Assembly: GCA_964035545.1 (NCBI GenBank)
Contig: OZ037771.1
Location: 13,019,133-13,083,132 of the forward strand
Origin: Bugula neritina
Lineage: Eukaryota; Animalia; Bryozoa
Reading direction: 5' to 3'
Length of the DNA stretch: 64,000 nucleotides
Position 1 is the stretch's first letter; every line of letters starts with the position of its first letter. Both the position numbers and the translations under genes were made by a program. The notes beneath the pieces are model-generated. The model saw only the letters and a list, made by a program, of their open reading frames with translations. It searched no databases and had not been told where the DNA came from. Shown one piece after another: positions 39,084 through 59,249 of the stretch.

Positions 39084-42000
39084 CTAACGTGCTGCCGCGG
39101 CAGCTCCTGGCTCCCCGTCTGCTGCGCCGTCACCAGGCAGCGGCTTCAACTCTCGGATCTGTTTGATGAGGTAGGCCTTCTCGTCATTAAACTGCTCGTC
39201 ATCTGACCTGTCATTGTGAAAGTTTGTGAGGAACTCTACGAGTTTGTCCTGGTTCCGCAGCAAGATGTTCCTGATGGGCTCCTGCTTGTTGGGGTTTGCG
39301 ACAAACACCTGTGAAAATTACAATTAGTTACGTACTCTAGGGCTAGAGATATACTCTCTAGGGCTATAGATATATTCTCTAGGGCTATAGATATATTCTC
39401 TAGGGCTATAGATATACTCTCTAGGGCTATAGATATACTCTGTAGCCCTATAAATATATTCTCTAGGGCTACAGAGATATACATTCTAGGGTTATGGATA
39501 TAGGTTCTAAGACTGAAGTCATATTGTTTAAGATTATAGTTGGTTACACAATCTAGGACAAGAGAATATCTTCCAAAACAGTGTTTACTAGTTCTTAGAC
39601 CACATAAACAAAAATATACTCTAACCACCTGTCACATATTATATGGCCCCTATAACACGTTAGATGGCACCTCTCACATATTAGATGTCACCTGTCACAT
39701 ATTAACTGTCACCTGCCACATACTACATGTCACCTGCCACATACTACATGTCACCTGTCACATACTACATGTCACCTGTCACATATTACATGTCACCTGT
39801 TACATACTACATGTCATCTGCCACACAATACATGTCACCTGTCACATTTTGTGTCACACATTACTACCATTACTGCTAGGCACATACTGGAAATGAGTCA
39901 GAAAAACAGAGTAGTACACCTGTAAAAAACAGAGTAGTACACCTGTACAGACAGAGAAGTACACCTGTACAGACAGAGTAGTATACCTGTACAAAGAGAA
40001 TAGTACACCTGTACAGACAGAGTAGTACACCTGTACAGACAGAGTAGTACACCTGTACAGACAGAGTAGTACACCTGCACAGACATTACCTTGAACACAT
40101 GAAATGCTTCAAACTGAATATTTTTGCTCTTTTCTCGTAGCATGTTCATCATCAGCTTGAGGTTCTTCTCATTACTAATATATTTGGTCATTGGGACGAA
40201 GTTGTGTCTGTCCAATAGGAGCTCTCCTAATAGCTGTAATGTATGTTCTATTTCATGAATATATCAGGTATATGCTAACAACACGGTACTCAAAGATACA
40301 AGCTACATAGAGTAAGCTATGACACAATCAGACATAATGTTAAAAGGTTGTCTACCACCTAGCACCTTTTGTTATCATTAAAAAGCTTGAGTCTTATTGA
40401 ACTTGACCTTCAAAATGCTTTTATATTATATATAATGTATGCAATGAATAATGCCTGAAAAGATATTATTAGATATCAGCACAGAGTTCTTGATAATTTC
40501 TTTTTACTATGTCATTAAATATATTCATTTGCCTCGCGAATCTTTAGTAAATCTCAGAACTTCCCCTGATATAAAAATTCTAGAGGATAGAAAACTTTTA
40601 AAACTACCAAGAAGCCATCTCTAAACATGAAACCTGTTGAACATGCCGAAAGGCAGAGCTACATTACTATATGTCACAAAACTGTTGGTAGCAGTGTGAC
40701 GAGTTCGAAAAGTCTGGTAGTCGGAAGTGTATAGACAAGTAGCATACAGCTTGCTAATCCAGTTGTGAGTAAATAGAGTTGTGAATAAGTAGACTTTATT
40801 TTTCTAGTAAGATATGCACAGATGAATTTATAAAAATGAACTGATTCGTAAACACAACTGCCTCAGTATTTATAGTAAACAAAACACTCTAGAACATTCT
40901 CAAGCATTCCAGTATAGAAGATTCTAGTAGAAAACATTCCCCACATGCCAATACTATTTATAGAAAATCAAAACAAAACAAAACATTGGAATTTCCATGG
41001 TTATTTCGCAATTATTGCGCAATACCTTGTTTACATTGCTGGGCAGTAGTTAACATGACTAACCAAAACAGTAACAATGAACAATGACCCATCTCTTTGA
41101 TTAGTCTAGAATATTTATGAACATTCCTGTATAATCATTAGGAAAAACCCGGTAAGTCTATTTATAGGTATATGTACACTCAGAATTTGTGACACTATAC
41201 CCATGAGTCAATACAACTGGTTACAAACTTAGGCTACACTATGGTTACAAACTTAGGCTACACTATGGTTACAAACTCATAAGTAATACTCGCTAGAATA
41301 GACACCTTCAAGGCCTGTCTCCTCGTAACGTAATTCTCTGAATTAAGGAGTCTTTGGTAGTAGTCAAAGAACTTGTCGTACTGTTCCTCCAGGAATTCCG
41401 ACACCACACTTTTGTGTTTGGTGAGAGTATCCTAAAATATTAACAAGGATTATTTAGTATATGCATACAGTATAGTACTATGGTCAAAAGAGTATTTAGT
41501 ATATTCATACAGTATAGTACTATGGTCAAAAGATTATTTAGTATATTCATACAGTATAGTACTATGGTCAAAAGAGTATTTAGTATATGCATACAGTATA
41601 GTACTATGGTCAAAAGAGTATTTAGTATTTTCATACAGTATAGTACTACAACCACAAAGAGTGTACTAAATGATAAATATATTAGTCACAAACACAAAAA
41701 TTAGCCTCCAAACATATGCAAATATTTACAATGTTAGCTTAAAAAGAATAGATAGTAATAAATTAGCTACCAATTATGTACATAAACTTGCATGGGGTTC
41801 AAGAGCATATAACATACACGCATAAGAGTATACAGTTATCTTACCTTGAAGGTAGAAAACGCATCAGATGATATATCAAACGTTGACATTTCCACATAGT
41901 TGAAGAAATCAAAAAACTTTGGACTGGTTAAAATTAGTTTGCATAAACTTTCATGCCTTAGACACTCGCGCAGCATCAGACCACAATGCAATGCAATATC

Positions 42001-43379
42001 CTGGTTTTCATACCTAAAGTAAGTAAAAGCAGGATAGAGTTAATAGAGAGCATATATTACACAAACAGATGTTAAATTATTCAGTTTTAGAAATGAATGC
42101 TAAATGCTTGAAGAGAGGAAACTCTGCTTTACCCGTTCAACAGAAGAAATAGAATATCTGGCTTGGCTGCGATATGCTCTACAGTTGGCAATCGAGAAGA
42201 TATTTGCCTGCGTAGAAGATTGTTGAATATCTGTGTGACATCCTTCTTTCTCTGAAACAATACCAGAACACCTGCTAATACATGTTGCTAGTGCATGTCA
42301 TCAGCTACTACCACCTGTTACTACCTGTCACTCATGCTGTGTTACTAGTAGTAATCTCTATATGACAAGGTATAAACATGTTCACCTGCAGTCATAAACT
42401 ACGCAAACATATAAATTAGGAAATGTGCTTCTTGCTTCCAGTGAGCATCTTATACTTTGTACCAGATATCTACTCTATGAGTGAAAAGTCTGTAACTGAA
42501 AATGCTGAATTTAAAAAAGAGGTAACTTATATAAGAGCTTTTCTTATGTGCTGATTTTACGTTAACCGACTTAACTCTGATCAGAAAAGCCAAGAGCTTC
42601 AAGGACAAGATGGTTTATGGCTTATCCCTGGTCTTAGTCCTGACTACTATTCTAGCTAAATTACAAGTATGTATTCTACACATTAGACTTAGTGTTAGAT
42701 GGGTTAGACAATGTCAAGGTGAATCTAGAAGGTTACCTCAAAGTCAATGAGATGCAGGTTCACCAAGAGGTTGTGGAGAAGACTAGACGAGTAGATCTCT
42801 TGACTCAGCTGCGCAATGACGTCTTGCTGCGGCTCCTGCTCGGCACTCCCGTACAGGAAGTGCTTAATACTGGAAATACTTTTCACCAGCTCGTCATTGG
42901 CCTACGTACAAACACTGCGCAGTTATGTAAAGCTCTGGGATGAGATAATATCAGTTCTATCAATACAATGCCAGCACTATGCAGATAGCTAGGATTGAAA
43001 TCTTACAGCACCTCGCCTGCACACTGCATAGCAAATTGTTGCTGTGTAGTTGTATAGACTCCAGCATGCAACTTTCTTTACTTCAGAATATTTACCTCGA
43101 ACCATTTACCATTTTTGTATATAGAAGCATATTTTGAAGCGAAAAAACAATCTCGAGATATTATAAGATATGTCATTAAAATTGCCAAAATACAAATTAT
43201 TATAAACAAAGTTGTCTCTGCGTATTGCTAGAGACTATACTAAGCAGAAAATGCCTCTACACTTGACAAACCTTGTCGAGTTTTTTCTTGTCTTGACTTT
43301 TCTCAAGAACATCTAAAGCATCACGCAGCGATTTCACCACATCTGCTGGATTTTTCTGCGACTTGCCAAAACGAGGCAT
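39084..43379 (-). CDS. CAB39: Calcium-binding protein 39 / MO25, 7 coding exons
   Basis: [18 protein letters not shown]..., [106 protein letters not shown]. Confidence 0.97.
39335..39490. repeat. 21-bp minisatellite near a CAB39 acceptor
   Basis: Unit CTCTAGGGCTATAGATATA(C/T)T. Confidence 0.9.
39626..39858. repeat. 21-bp minisatellite in the last CAB39 intron
   Basis: Unit CATGTCACCTG(T/C)CACATACTA. Confidence 0.9.
39905..40085. repeat. 22-bp minisatellite abutting a CAB39 donor
   Basis: Unit ACAGAGTAGTACACCTGTACAG. Confidence 0.92.
41450..41648. repeat. 42-bp minisatellite next to a CAB39 acceptor
   Basis: Unit TATTTAGTATATTCATACAGTATAGTACTATGGTCAAAAGAG. Confidence 0.92.
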
Positions 43380-44094
43380 GTTTAAGTAGCGGTGAGTTAA
43401 AGCACAACAACACCCTTTTTCCCTCAAGATCCGTTACTATTAACTCATGAATACAAAGCCTGTAAACTATATCATAGTAACTATAGCAAACAAGCAGTAG
43501 TATTACTACTGGTGTAAATAGCTAACACGGCTAAAGTGGCGCATTAGAATTTAAAACAATATAATTACCATTATACAAAACAAGTTAATTATATAAGCCA
43601 GTTCATAACTGAAACCCAAATCATGCACAACATAGCTTACTGATATTGATATATACTGCAGTAGTTACATGTCACCGTATACTAGGGGGCCATGATTTAT
43701 TTTATTTCATTCAATTACAATATTTATTATCAAATATACACACTAGATATAACTAATCGCTGAACACCTACATGGTGATTTAATAATTGATTTGAACCCC
43801 ATAAATATAATTTTTTCCATGGAATTTAATTTGCTGTTGACTTTATTGCAAATTATACTTAGCTCTAGTAGCTCCTATACTCTAGACAAATTTACCTTAT
43901 GAAATATGAAGTAGGTAATATACTTGTGATGCGCCTTTTAATTACTATATTCACACAGTTGTTCCTACACTAAAGGAAGTAAGTCAACATAATGCAGTTG
44001 AATTTAGTTTCATCTACTTGCAGTTGATAGTTACCTATATAACATATGGAATGGGCGTCAATAAGTGTAACATAATAAAGAACACTTACTCTGA

Positions 44095-44541
44095 CGAATT
44101 CGCAAAATTTCAAAAATGACGATTGGAAAATACCTATTTGGAAAACTGACAAATCACCAATAGGCAACTCGAAAATGGACAACTGGAAAATAGAGGTTTG
44201 GAAAATGAAGAATATTCAACATGGCTTAGTTTGGAGGGGTTTACAATAGCTTAATGTAAATGTGAGCAATTTTAAATTGAAGCTATTCAGTAACTAATTC
44301 TACTTCCATGATAGCCTAACTGATTCAGATGTTATATTTATATTTGAAAGCTATTTTGAGCCCGACCAGATGCTGACCCCCCCCCCCTCCAGACTGGGCA
44401 ATGTTGAATATTCTTTATTTTCCAAATTTCATTTTCCAATTGTCAATTTTATGATTGTTTATTCTCGAGTTGTCTATTGGTGATTTGTCTATTTTCCAAA
44501 TAGGTGTTTTCCAATTGTTATTTTCGAAATGTCGTGTCACG
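44095..44541. mobile_element. Non-autonomous foldback/MITE-like DNA element with ~140-bp inverted arms
   Basis: Arms ~44105-44240 and ~44380-44532 are reverse complements built from ~15-bp TGGAAAA subrepeats; ACTCTGA is directly repeated at 44088-44094 and 44542-44548. Confidence 0.8.
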
Positions 44542-46933
44542 ACTCTGATTATTAGTAATATTAATAGTATTAGTATTACTATTAGTAATATTAGTATTAC
44601 TATTAGTAATATTAGTATTACTATTAGTAATATTAGTATTACTATTAGTAATATTAGTATTACTATTAGTATTACTATTAGTAATATTAGTATTACTATT
44701 ACCACTTGAAGCTAAATTGTTAGATAAACTAAAAGTTGATTAAAGATTAGTTCACCAATAGTACTACTAATACATTAAGTTCAACTAGTACTATTACTAA
44801 CTACTACTACTAGTAGTAGAAGTAGTACTAATTGAACTTAATGTTATACTTATAGTAAAACTAAATGTAATACTAATAGTAATAGTAATACTATTGCTAA
44901 TAGTAATACCAAAAGTAGTATTAATACTCTAATAGTAATAGTAACAGTAAGAGCAAATCTAATAGTAAAACTAATAGTAATAGTAATATTAATACTAATA
45001 GCAATAATAATACTAATAGCCCATAAACATAGCTTATAGACAATATGAATAGGCATAGCTATAGCCTAGGCACAACCAAATTGAAAACAAAAACAAACTA
45101 TTGATAGTTGAACTTAAAGTTATTGTTATTTCAATGATGCTGATACTTATACTGATAGTCTAACACTCTAAGACTAAGTCATAGTCAAACGCAATGTCAT
45201 AACCTGATATTTATAATTTATAGTCATACTCATACTGTCAGTGTCATAGTATCAGTATGAGTATCACTCATATTGATAGACCATAGTCATAGTGATAGTA
45301 ATAGTCATACTTACAACTCATAGTCATACTCATAGACTTAGAGTATCATACTGTTACTCATACTCATAGTGATAGTGAATTAATAAAATTAAATGATTTT
45401 AATTTTTGATTTCGTATCAATATTTCAATCATTTCACTTTATATATTACTATAAATATAATATATTCACTCCATATTTCACATCATTGGGAATGAGTGAG
45501 ATTAAATGGTATCACGACGGTGTGAAATAGCAACACGAATATGAGTTTGCTAATTTGCCAATGAGGTGTGGGTAATAGTAACAATTATAAATGCCTCTGG
45601 TTATTGTAAAACAGGTAGTGGCATACGATAGTCTGAGCTAAACTTTGATAATAGCACTCTCATCGTAAATCACGTAAATTATATACCTGTTGCGATTGAA
45701 ACACTATTTGTAAATTTAGCTTGACGTCTCATTAACAACAATAGTGTACAAATCGTAAATACATATACTTCACATTGTTGGTTTTAAGGTGTGTCAGGAT
45801 CAGAGTACACAATTACACACATGACTTCGCCAACTTTCATTGAAACTGATAACCCGCATAACTCATAAGCATCTTTGAAAAAAGTAAACCAGTTTTAATT
45901 TCATCTATTATAGTTATTCACGAGCAAGTTAATTCATGGATTAACAATAACTGAGATGAATAATGTTATGCAAATATAATTGCTTTCGTATATAAAATTA
46001 ATACATTATTCTTATTCTATAAAAATCAGAATAACTAATGAGTAATGTGTAATACTATAAGTATAATATAAGAATATGAATGTCACTCTCGTCTCTAAGT
46101 ATCACTATCAGTATCAGTATAGTTATCATTATGAATATGATTAATGTCATCATAAATTTATGATTATCATTATCAACTCCAAGTTCAATATCAATATGAA
46201 CACGATCACTTGGTGATGGTAATGGGTGTGTTGATCATGATGTTGTAATTAATATTATTGATAATACTAATGGTAATACTAATAGTAATAGTTTAGTATT
46301 TATAAATCAAATTATTATATTTTTAACGTTTAATAATTATTTTCACTAAATTTATTTTAATATCAAGTTTAATGTTAATAAATAATGATATAAATATAAA
46401 AATCAATTATAGTGATAATCACAATCATAATTTATAGTGGTATTCATAATCATAGTGATAAATAATTATTAATACTAATAGTAATACTAGTTTAAGTTAT
46501 ACCTACTAATACTGTGATACTAATAGTACTGTAATTATAGTTGCTGTAGGTGTCAGGGTAAATTACAGTGATAATTGTGTCATAGTGAATGAGATTGTGT
46601 TTTAATTGTGATTCATATGAATAGGAAAATAGCTGAAAAGCATTATTACAAATGTGAAAATTAATGCTACTATTGCTCTGTTTTCTGTTTTGTGCCGTTC
46701 CTAATATCCGTCATTGGCCTCCCAAATAAGGTTGATTTTCCAGTCTTTCTATATGACACCTCCACCAGCTGCTTGCTCTGGCTATAGATTATGATGTAGT
46801 TGTGAGAGTTATTGAGTCTTGTGTAGGAGATAATTTGTGTAAGCTTGAGTTACTAGTTACTAGTTACATGTTATGAATTTCTGTTATTCAAAATTGTTAC
46901 AATATGTGGTATAAACATTTTCCAGCTCTTGAA

Positions 46934-49900
46934 ATGGACAAAGCTGCAAAGGTTTATGAAGCAGTTGTGATTGGCGGAGGTATTTCTGGCCTGGTGACGT
47001 TGAAGTCACTTAGACAGAAAGGCATTGATTGTATATTGTGCGAATCTAAGGAATATCACGGGGGTTTGTGGCACTTTAGTCCCTCCAACTATGGTGTGAT
47101 GGAGTTTACACACATGTGAGTATAATGTTGTTAGACATAACACCTGGCACTTGCTTTGTCATGTTCGGGAATGTTGTGTTAGTATGGGCACACTCAGCAT
47201 GATGTAAGGCAATGACATTTGGGATCATGCAATTGTCAGAATGGTGTCATCAACATTCACTTGCTGATGAGTCATCAGTTTATTCCGACTAGAAACCGGA
47301 ACACCTGTAAAACTACAATTATTTAATGTGTATTAATAAATCAAATTTATGTCTGTGTTTTTGACGCTAATTTATTTTCCTTCGCCGTTTTTTATCTGCA
47401 AGTCAAATGAGTCATCAGGTAATGTTATTTATTTGTCTTCTTGTTGTAGAAATGTGTCCAAATATAACTATGCTTTTTCTGATTTTCCTTTCCCTGCGGG
47501 TACTGTGGACTACCCCCATCACTCACAGATGGCAGAGTATGTAGATAAGTATGTGGACAACAATCAGCTCTACAATCATATTCTTTACAGAACCAGAGTG
47601 TTGCATGTCTCTAGATGTCAAGGTAATATTTCCAGCTCTTCTGCGATGTCTTGCATTCACTGCGTTTCCATCATTCGCATTATGCGAATGGATTGTTCAT
47701 TCGCCTAATGTAAATAGTTACATTGAAGGAAACCATTAGTTAATGCAAACTGCAAGCACATATTTCTTGCAACAAAGTGTCCTTGTTTTTGTTTAAACCC
47801 AGTTTTATTTGCAAAACAATGCTTTGGACGAAAATTGAAATAGTTCAAGCTTCAGACATTTTAATCGGTTTAAGTTATACAGGCTCATCGCGGGGTGGGG
47901 AGATGAGATATCCTGTTTTATGGTTCTGTATGATTTATTGGTTAAAGATGAGGAGAAAGATAGAAAGTTATGGAAGCTACGGTGCTACTCATACGCCTCT
48001 GCCTCAGAGTTTTACATATACTGTCGCTACTTGGTCATAGCCACTGGTCATCATGCAAAGCCTAAGATTCCTGAATTTCCTGGTCAATCCAATTTCACAG
48101 GTAAATGCTTTAGGTTTTGTATGCTGGAGATAGAAAGACTAACCTAGTACAGGATGTCTGCTGTGAGATTAGTACCTTTAGCCACACCTTCTGTTTCACA
48201 TGAGTGACTATCACTAGCTCTACTCTTGCCTTGTGCTATGGTCTACAGGTGAGATTATGCACAGTGTGGACTACAAAGACGCCAAGACTCATGGGTTTGA
48301 AGACAAGAACACAGTGGTGGTTGGTATTGGCAACAGTGCCGTAGACGTGGCTGTCAACTGTGCAGAGAGAAAGTCTAAATCTGGGTATGTTTGTGTGGAA
48401 TACCTCAACCGTGCAACAATATACACGCCGAAACATCTTCCAAATTATTTACAGGAAACCCCTGCAGTTTTTGCTTGTGTTTTTTGCTTATATAGTTTAG
48501 CACTGATTACCTAAGTTTTTGTTCTAAGAAAACTCACGCAAGTTTATGGTCACTATCCCTGAGAGAACCCCTGATGGAAAGGGTTTTTTAAAGCAGGCTA
48601 AGGACTTATTCATAAGTGACACAGGAGCAACTATGACTGGATGCTCTTCCTAACATCAGCAATGGCCTTTATTGGGGTTTGAACCCATGACCTTTGTTTA
48701 CTAAGCCAGTGCTCTAACCCCTAGACCATGGCTTCTCCCTTAGATTTTTATTTTAATGTAATTTATATTTATTTTTATACTTTAAACTACATTGGATTGT
48801 ATTTATTGTTTCAGTCATGGCAAAGTGTATCTATCAACGAGGTCTGGAGCTTGGGTTGTCCCTAACTACGTATTCTCCGTGCCCACTGACCTCTACGCTA
48901 GCAGGTTCTTTCTCAACTGGCTGCCATTTCCTGTTAAACAGTTTGTGTTTGAGACTATATTGCGTCTCATCCATGGCAGTCCCCAAAAGTAAGTTAATTT
49001 TACGGTTTTTACCTGCTTAGTAGACTAAATGTATGTTGTACTTGCTCACTGTATGGGCTGTAGACTGAGTGAGTGGCGGCCGTTTAGTAGGTGCCGGCCT
49101 GGTCTAGATCAGCTCGGCCTGGCCTAGATCAGCACGGCCAATTCAGGTCAACTATGACTTAGTCAAACTTGTACCAACAGCTTTTATATATAATATAAAA
49201 TATTATTATATAATAATTATTATATTATATTTTACTATAGTCTATTTAATATAATAAAATATACTATCATCCAATATATTACAATATGTTATAATATACT
49301 ATATATTCATATTAGATGGAACCTGAATCCTAAGATGGGTGCCTTAGAAACACAGCCTACTGTTAGTCCAACTCTCATACACCATATACAGAGAGGGAAC
49401 ATTGAGGTTGTGCCTAACATACGGGTATGCTGAACTTCCTATACAATCTTTGTCTTAATATAATATTCTCGTGATATTCAATTGAGCTTCAGTCTATTCA
49501 GTGTATAGTGATCACATGACGTGTAATTGAGAAGTTATCTTCTCTACTGTGTAAAATATTTCATTACAGGAAATCTGTGAGAACTCTGTTAGGTTTCAAG
49601 ATGGCTCTGTAGCCCAAGATATTGAAGTTATTGTAAACTGTACGGGCTATACCATAGACCTGCCCTTTCTTTCTGATGAAATCAAGGAACTTGTACTAGA
49701 TACTAAAACCAATGATGTCAATGTAAGTCAGCCTCACTCTCATTCCTATTTTATGATTTGCTTCCAGTTGTGGTTCACATATTATTTAGAAACAAGAGTG
49801 AATAATTTGCTCATACTATGTCATATATGTGCCTATGCTGGTTGCATTTCCTTTTTTAGCTTTTCAAAAATGTCTTCAGTCCAGAAATTGGCTCTGAGTT

Positions 49901-51418
49901 GGCATTCATAGGGTTCGTCCAGCCCTCGTCTGGCGGTGTTCTGCCAATATCTGAGATCCAAGCTCAGTGGCTGGCTATGGTGATTAAGGGGGGTGCTTCT
50001 CTACCATCCGTCATTGATATGAAGGAGTCAATAGCCTTAGAAAGGGTAAGTTATAGTCTGGAGATTTGACGTGTGGTACATGATTTCTCAGTCTATATAA
50101 TGTAATTTGATTATCTTTTTATTTTGTGAGTCATCCCCTTTTTTGATAGAATTCATTTTCATTATATTTGAATATGATATTTCAGAACATTTTGTGAAAT
50201 CTTATCTCATAGGATGTTTGTAAAGTTGGTCTTGTTTTATTATGATATGGAATATTGCTCATACTTGTTTAACTTTTATATTGAAACTTAAATCAGTTCT
50301 CAACTCTTCAGGGTATCCTGTCATCAAGGCTTTCTTCTTGACCACTTTGTTGTTGAATGGTAACGTCTGAGTGGTATAATTCTTTACAATGCGTGACACA
50401 GTATAACACTTTACAATGTGTGATACAGTATAATACTTTACACTGTGTGATACAGTATAACACTTTACAATGTGTGATACAGTATAACACTTTGCAATGT
50501 GTGATACAGTATAACACTTAACAATGTGTGACTCAGTATAATGCATTGTAGCAAGCATGTCAAGGTCGTTTCTACAAGTCTAGTCGTCACACTATTCAGA
50601 AGGACCCCCTCGTGTACAATGATGAAATCGCTTCCTTTATTGGAGCTAAACCAGAGCTGACTAAACACGCTGCTATAGCACACAGGTAGGTCCACTTTAG
50701 CACACAGGTAGAGCTACTTTAGCACATATATAAAGCCGTTATAGCACATAGTTAAAGTAGCTGTAGCACGTAACTAGAATTGCCATGGTACACAGGTAAA
50801 CCTGCACTGTTCACTAATGATAGAATTAATGTTACAAAAACTGATTAGTATATAAGAACACTCAGCTTACAGTAGATTCAAAGTAGAAGTGGCATTTTAT
50901 CAGCTTAAGAAGAAGCCTTTTAGTCTGTTATCAACTAGTATGGTGAACGTATTAGTTATCTGATAGCTGCAACCAATTTGAAATTACTGTTCAATATATG
51001 TACTGTGATAAAAATATTGTTGGCATGTTGAAATGTGTAACTGTAAAATTTAATTTTCAAATAGAAGGTCTCTACTTGTGATTATGCAGTAAGGCTGAGG
51101 TTTGTGTGAGATGCAGCAGTGGGTAGAGTATTAGGCAGCAGGAGACCTTAGCACTATCAACCCTGGAGTTAAGCAATTGTCGGGTGCCTGTGAAAACCCA
51201 CCCACTCCGTTCAGCTCAGTTAGAAGTCAGTACACCAGGCTATGTTTTGCAGGTTGTTACTGGGAAGTGGGGGCGTAGCTCAATGGACATTGCAGGGACC
51301 CTTCCAGAATGAACAGGCAGAGTACCTGGTGAAGCAAGTTCCTCTGCCACCCTTTAGCGTCTTTATGGCTGTGGTGCTGGTACTATGGATACTTTTTATT
51401 CTCTCTATTGTTTTTTAA
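46934..51418 (+). CDS. Flavin-containing monooxygenase (class B FMO) with C-terminal membrane anchor
   Basis: FAD motif VVIGGGISG, GGLW, ATGHH, FMO fingerprint FTGEIMHSVDYK, NADPH motif VVGIGNSAVD, STRSGAWV, NCTGY, IGFVQP, EIQAQW and hydrophobic tail VFMAVVLVLWILFILSIVF-stop; ~10 exons. Confidence 0.94.
48530..48739 (-). mobile_element. tRNA-derived SINE, full length, in an FMO intron
   Basis: Same head, core and tail as the other copies; minus strand GAGCACTGGCTTAGTAAAC (Thr-AGT-like anticodon arm) and GGGTTCAAACCCC. Confidence 0.9.
50380..50545. repeat. 27-bp minisatellite abutting an FMO acceptor
   Basis: Unit CAGTATAACACTTTACAATGTGTGATA; acceptor at ~50551. Confidence 0.92.
50676..50800 (+). 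repeat. ~22-bp degenerate repeat duplicating an FMO donor
   Basis: TAGCACACAG|GTAG occurs at the true junction and again one unit downstream, then decays. Confidence 0.8.
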
Positions 51419-51837
51419 AACTTTTTTAAATTAAAATTTTGATAGAATTTTAAAAGTTCGGTAAACTTACTTTTTCCTGATCAATTGTTTATTTTATTTA
51501 TTTATGGTAATTATTTGAAATTTTTATTTAAACTAATTTATTAAAAATCATCATTCTGTCCAGAGTGTTTTTATTTTCAGCCAAAGACTATCCAGTAATA
51601 ATTTTTTCTACTTATTTATTTCTTAGAGTTGATAAATAACTTTATTTTCATACAAAATAAAAAGTACATTATTTACATAATATTCCGAAATAAACTACAT
51701 CTTCAATTAAATAAATTTCAAAATTGGCAAGGGTTCATATAAATAAACCACATGAAGAGAAATATGGAAGGGGAGAGTAGATAGAACACGGATTGCTTAA
51801 TCATTCATTCATTAAAAGGCGGTATCAAGATTCGGAT

Positions 51838-57345
<5,508 letters not shown>

Positions 57346-59249
57346 AGCTTCTAGTTACATGGAAATCTGAGTGATGAGAAGAGTGGAACTAAAACATAGT
57401 TAACCACCAAACTAATAATAACAGTCAAAACTTTTATAAAAAATTATTTCTAGTTTTGTTTGCATAGTAAAGACACAAGGTAGATATACAACGGAGTCAT
57501 AGCGTGTATAAGAAAATTAGATACCAGGTAAATATCTAGCTACCGAGTCATATTGAATGATTCATTATTATGAGAAAACAGCATAACTCAAATTGGTTTA
57601 TATTGTGTCTATTACATAATGGCATCAAATTATCCTAATATTTGCCATTAACTGGAAGAAGTATTAAAAGAATCTTGTATGCAATCAACTTTTTTTAGCT
57701 ATACCTAGCTTAGCCTTAGGCTCACTTATTTACTTTAAGTCGGCTTTTACTTATGTTTAAATTTAGTTAACATTAGTTATAGAATGAAAGCAAAAACATT
57801 ACTTGCTTTCAGATTTCTCACAGATAACCAAGATATACTATCACTTATTACTATTATAATTCTAACATTAAAAGGAAATACTAAAACTAAAAGTAAATAG
57901 TTACACTTACAGTGAATTAATAAAAGTAGCTGTTGAACTATATTTTTAATTTGAAGGTTAAAATTTAATAATACTTATAGCCATTGTAAAAATTTAAATG
58001 TGACTTACTAAAACCTATGAGTGAAATAGTAAGAACATAGCTATGGCATTAGTTACAATAGATTAGTTCAGTAAAAGCTATGGATTTATGTGTACTATTA
58101 CTATCATTATGAAATTGTCATTAAAGAAATAGTAAAACTAAATTAAAATGTAACAGTAATACTAATACTAATAGACAATAGTAATACATTGAATGACATT
58201 GATATTCATATTGATATTTGTACTAATACTGCTAGTATTACTGTTAGTATCACTATGACTACTACTATTAGTATTAACATAATACTAGTATTATTATTAG
58301 TATTAGACTGCATTAGTACTATTATTACTACTAGTATTAACAATGAATAATATTACTCAAAGTTAATTATTGTTGCATTCTGATTTACTATTAGTATTAC
58401 TATTAGTACGCTTATTAACATTAGTCTTCGATTTACTCATTGAAGGATTTACTTTTAGTGTTAATATTTCAGTATAAGTATCACTATCAGATTTAAAATT
58501 AATTGCTATCACTCTAACTATTGGTACTACTATTAGTATGAGTATCACTGTTGAATATTAAATTTAATGACACTGATATTGTGATAATAATTATATTATA
58601 TTCATCATTATTACTAATACCAATAGTAATACTAATACTGATGTTCATACTAATAGTAATACTGATAGTGATAGCAAATGTCAATCACTCAAAGTCAATA
58701 GCAATGCAATAGTCCAACTCAATCACTTTGAGTTTAACTCAAACTCAATGTCATAGTCAAAAGTATTAACTACATTTAATAATTCTGTTCATCAAACGAG
58801 GCACGTCGCTTACACTAATTTAGTGGTCTAACGTGATTGCATCTTCAACACTCAAGTCATACTCATACTGATACTCATAGTCATAGTACTCATAGTGACA
58901 GTCTAACTCTAAGTCATTATCATTGTGATTTAAAAATAGATTATCATTACTATTATATTTACTTATACTTATAGTTATATCAATTTATTATGCTTATGAC
59001 TTATAGTTATAAGTAACACTAATACTAATAGTAACACTGTATTTAATACTTATCAGTTATCAAATATCAATACTTTCATTTTGATTTTCACCTTCAGTTT
59101 CACTGCTGTTGAAATTCAAATTACCAACAGTTTTCAAAAGAAGATTAAGACTGTAATTGTAAACCTATATCACTTATCACCATTAATATTATACTGGCTA
59201 TTAGTGTATTGCTATTCGTATTATCAATATTATTAATACTAGTAATACA

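Noticed and set aside
43970-44709. Two similar ORFs on opposite strands (ELPIGDLSVFQIG / ELSIGDLSIFQIG)
   Set aside because: They are the two arms of the inverted-repeat element, not paralogous genes.
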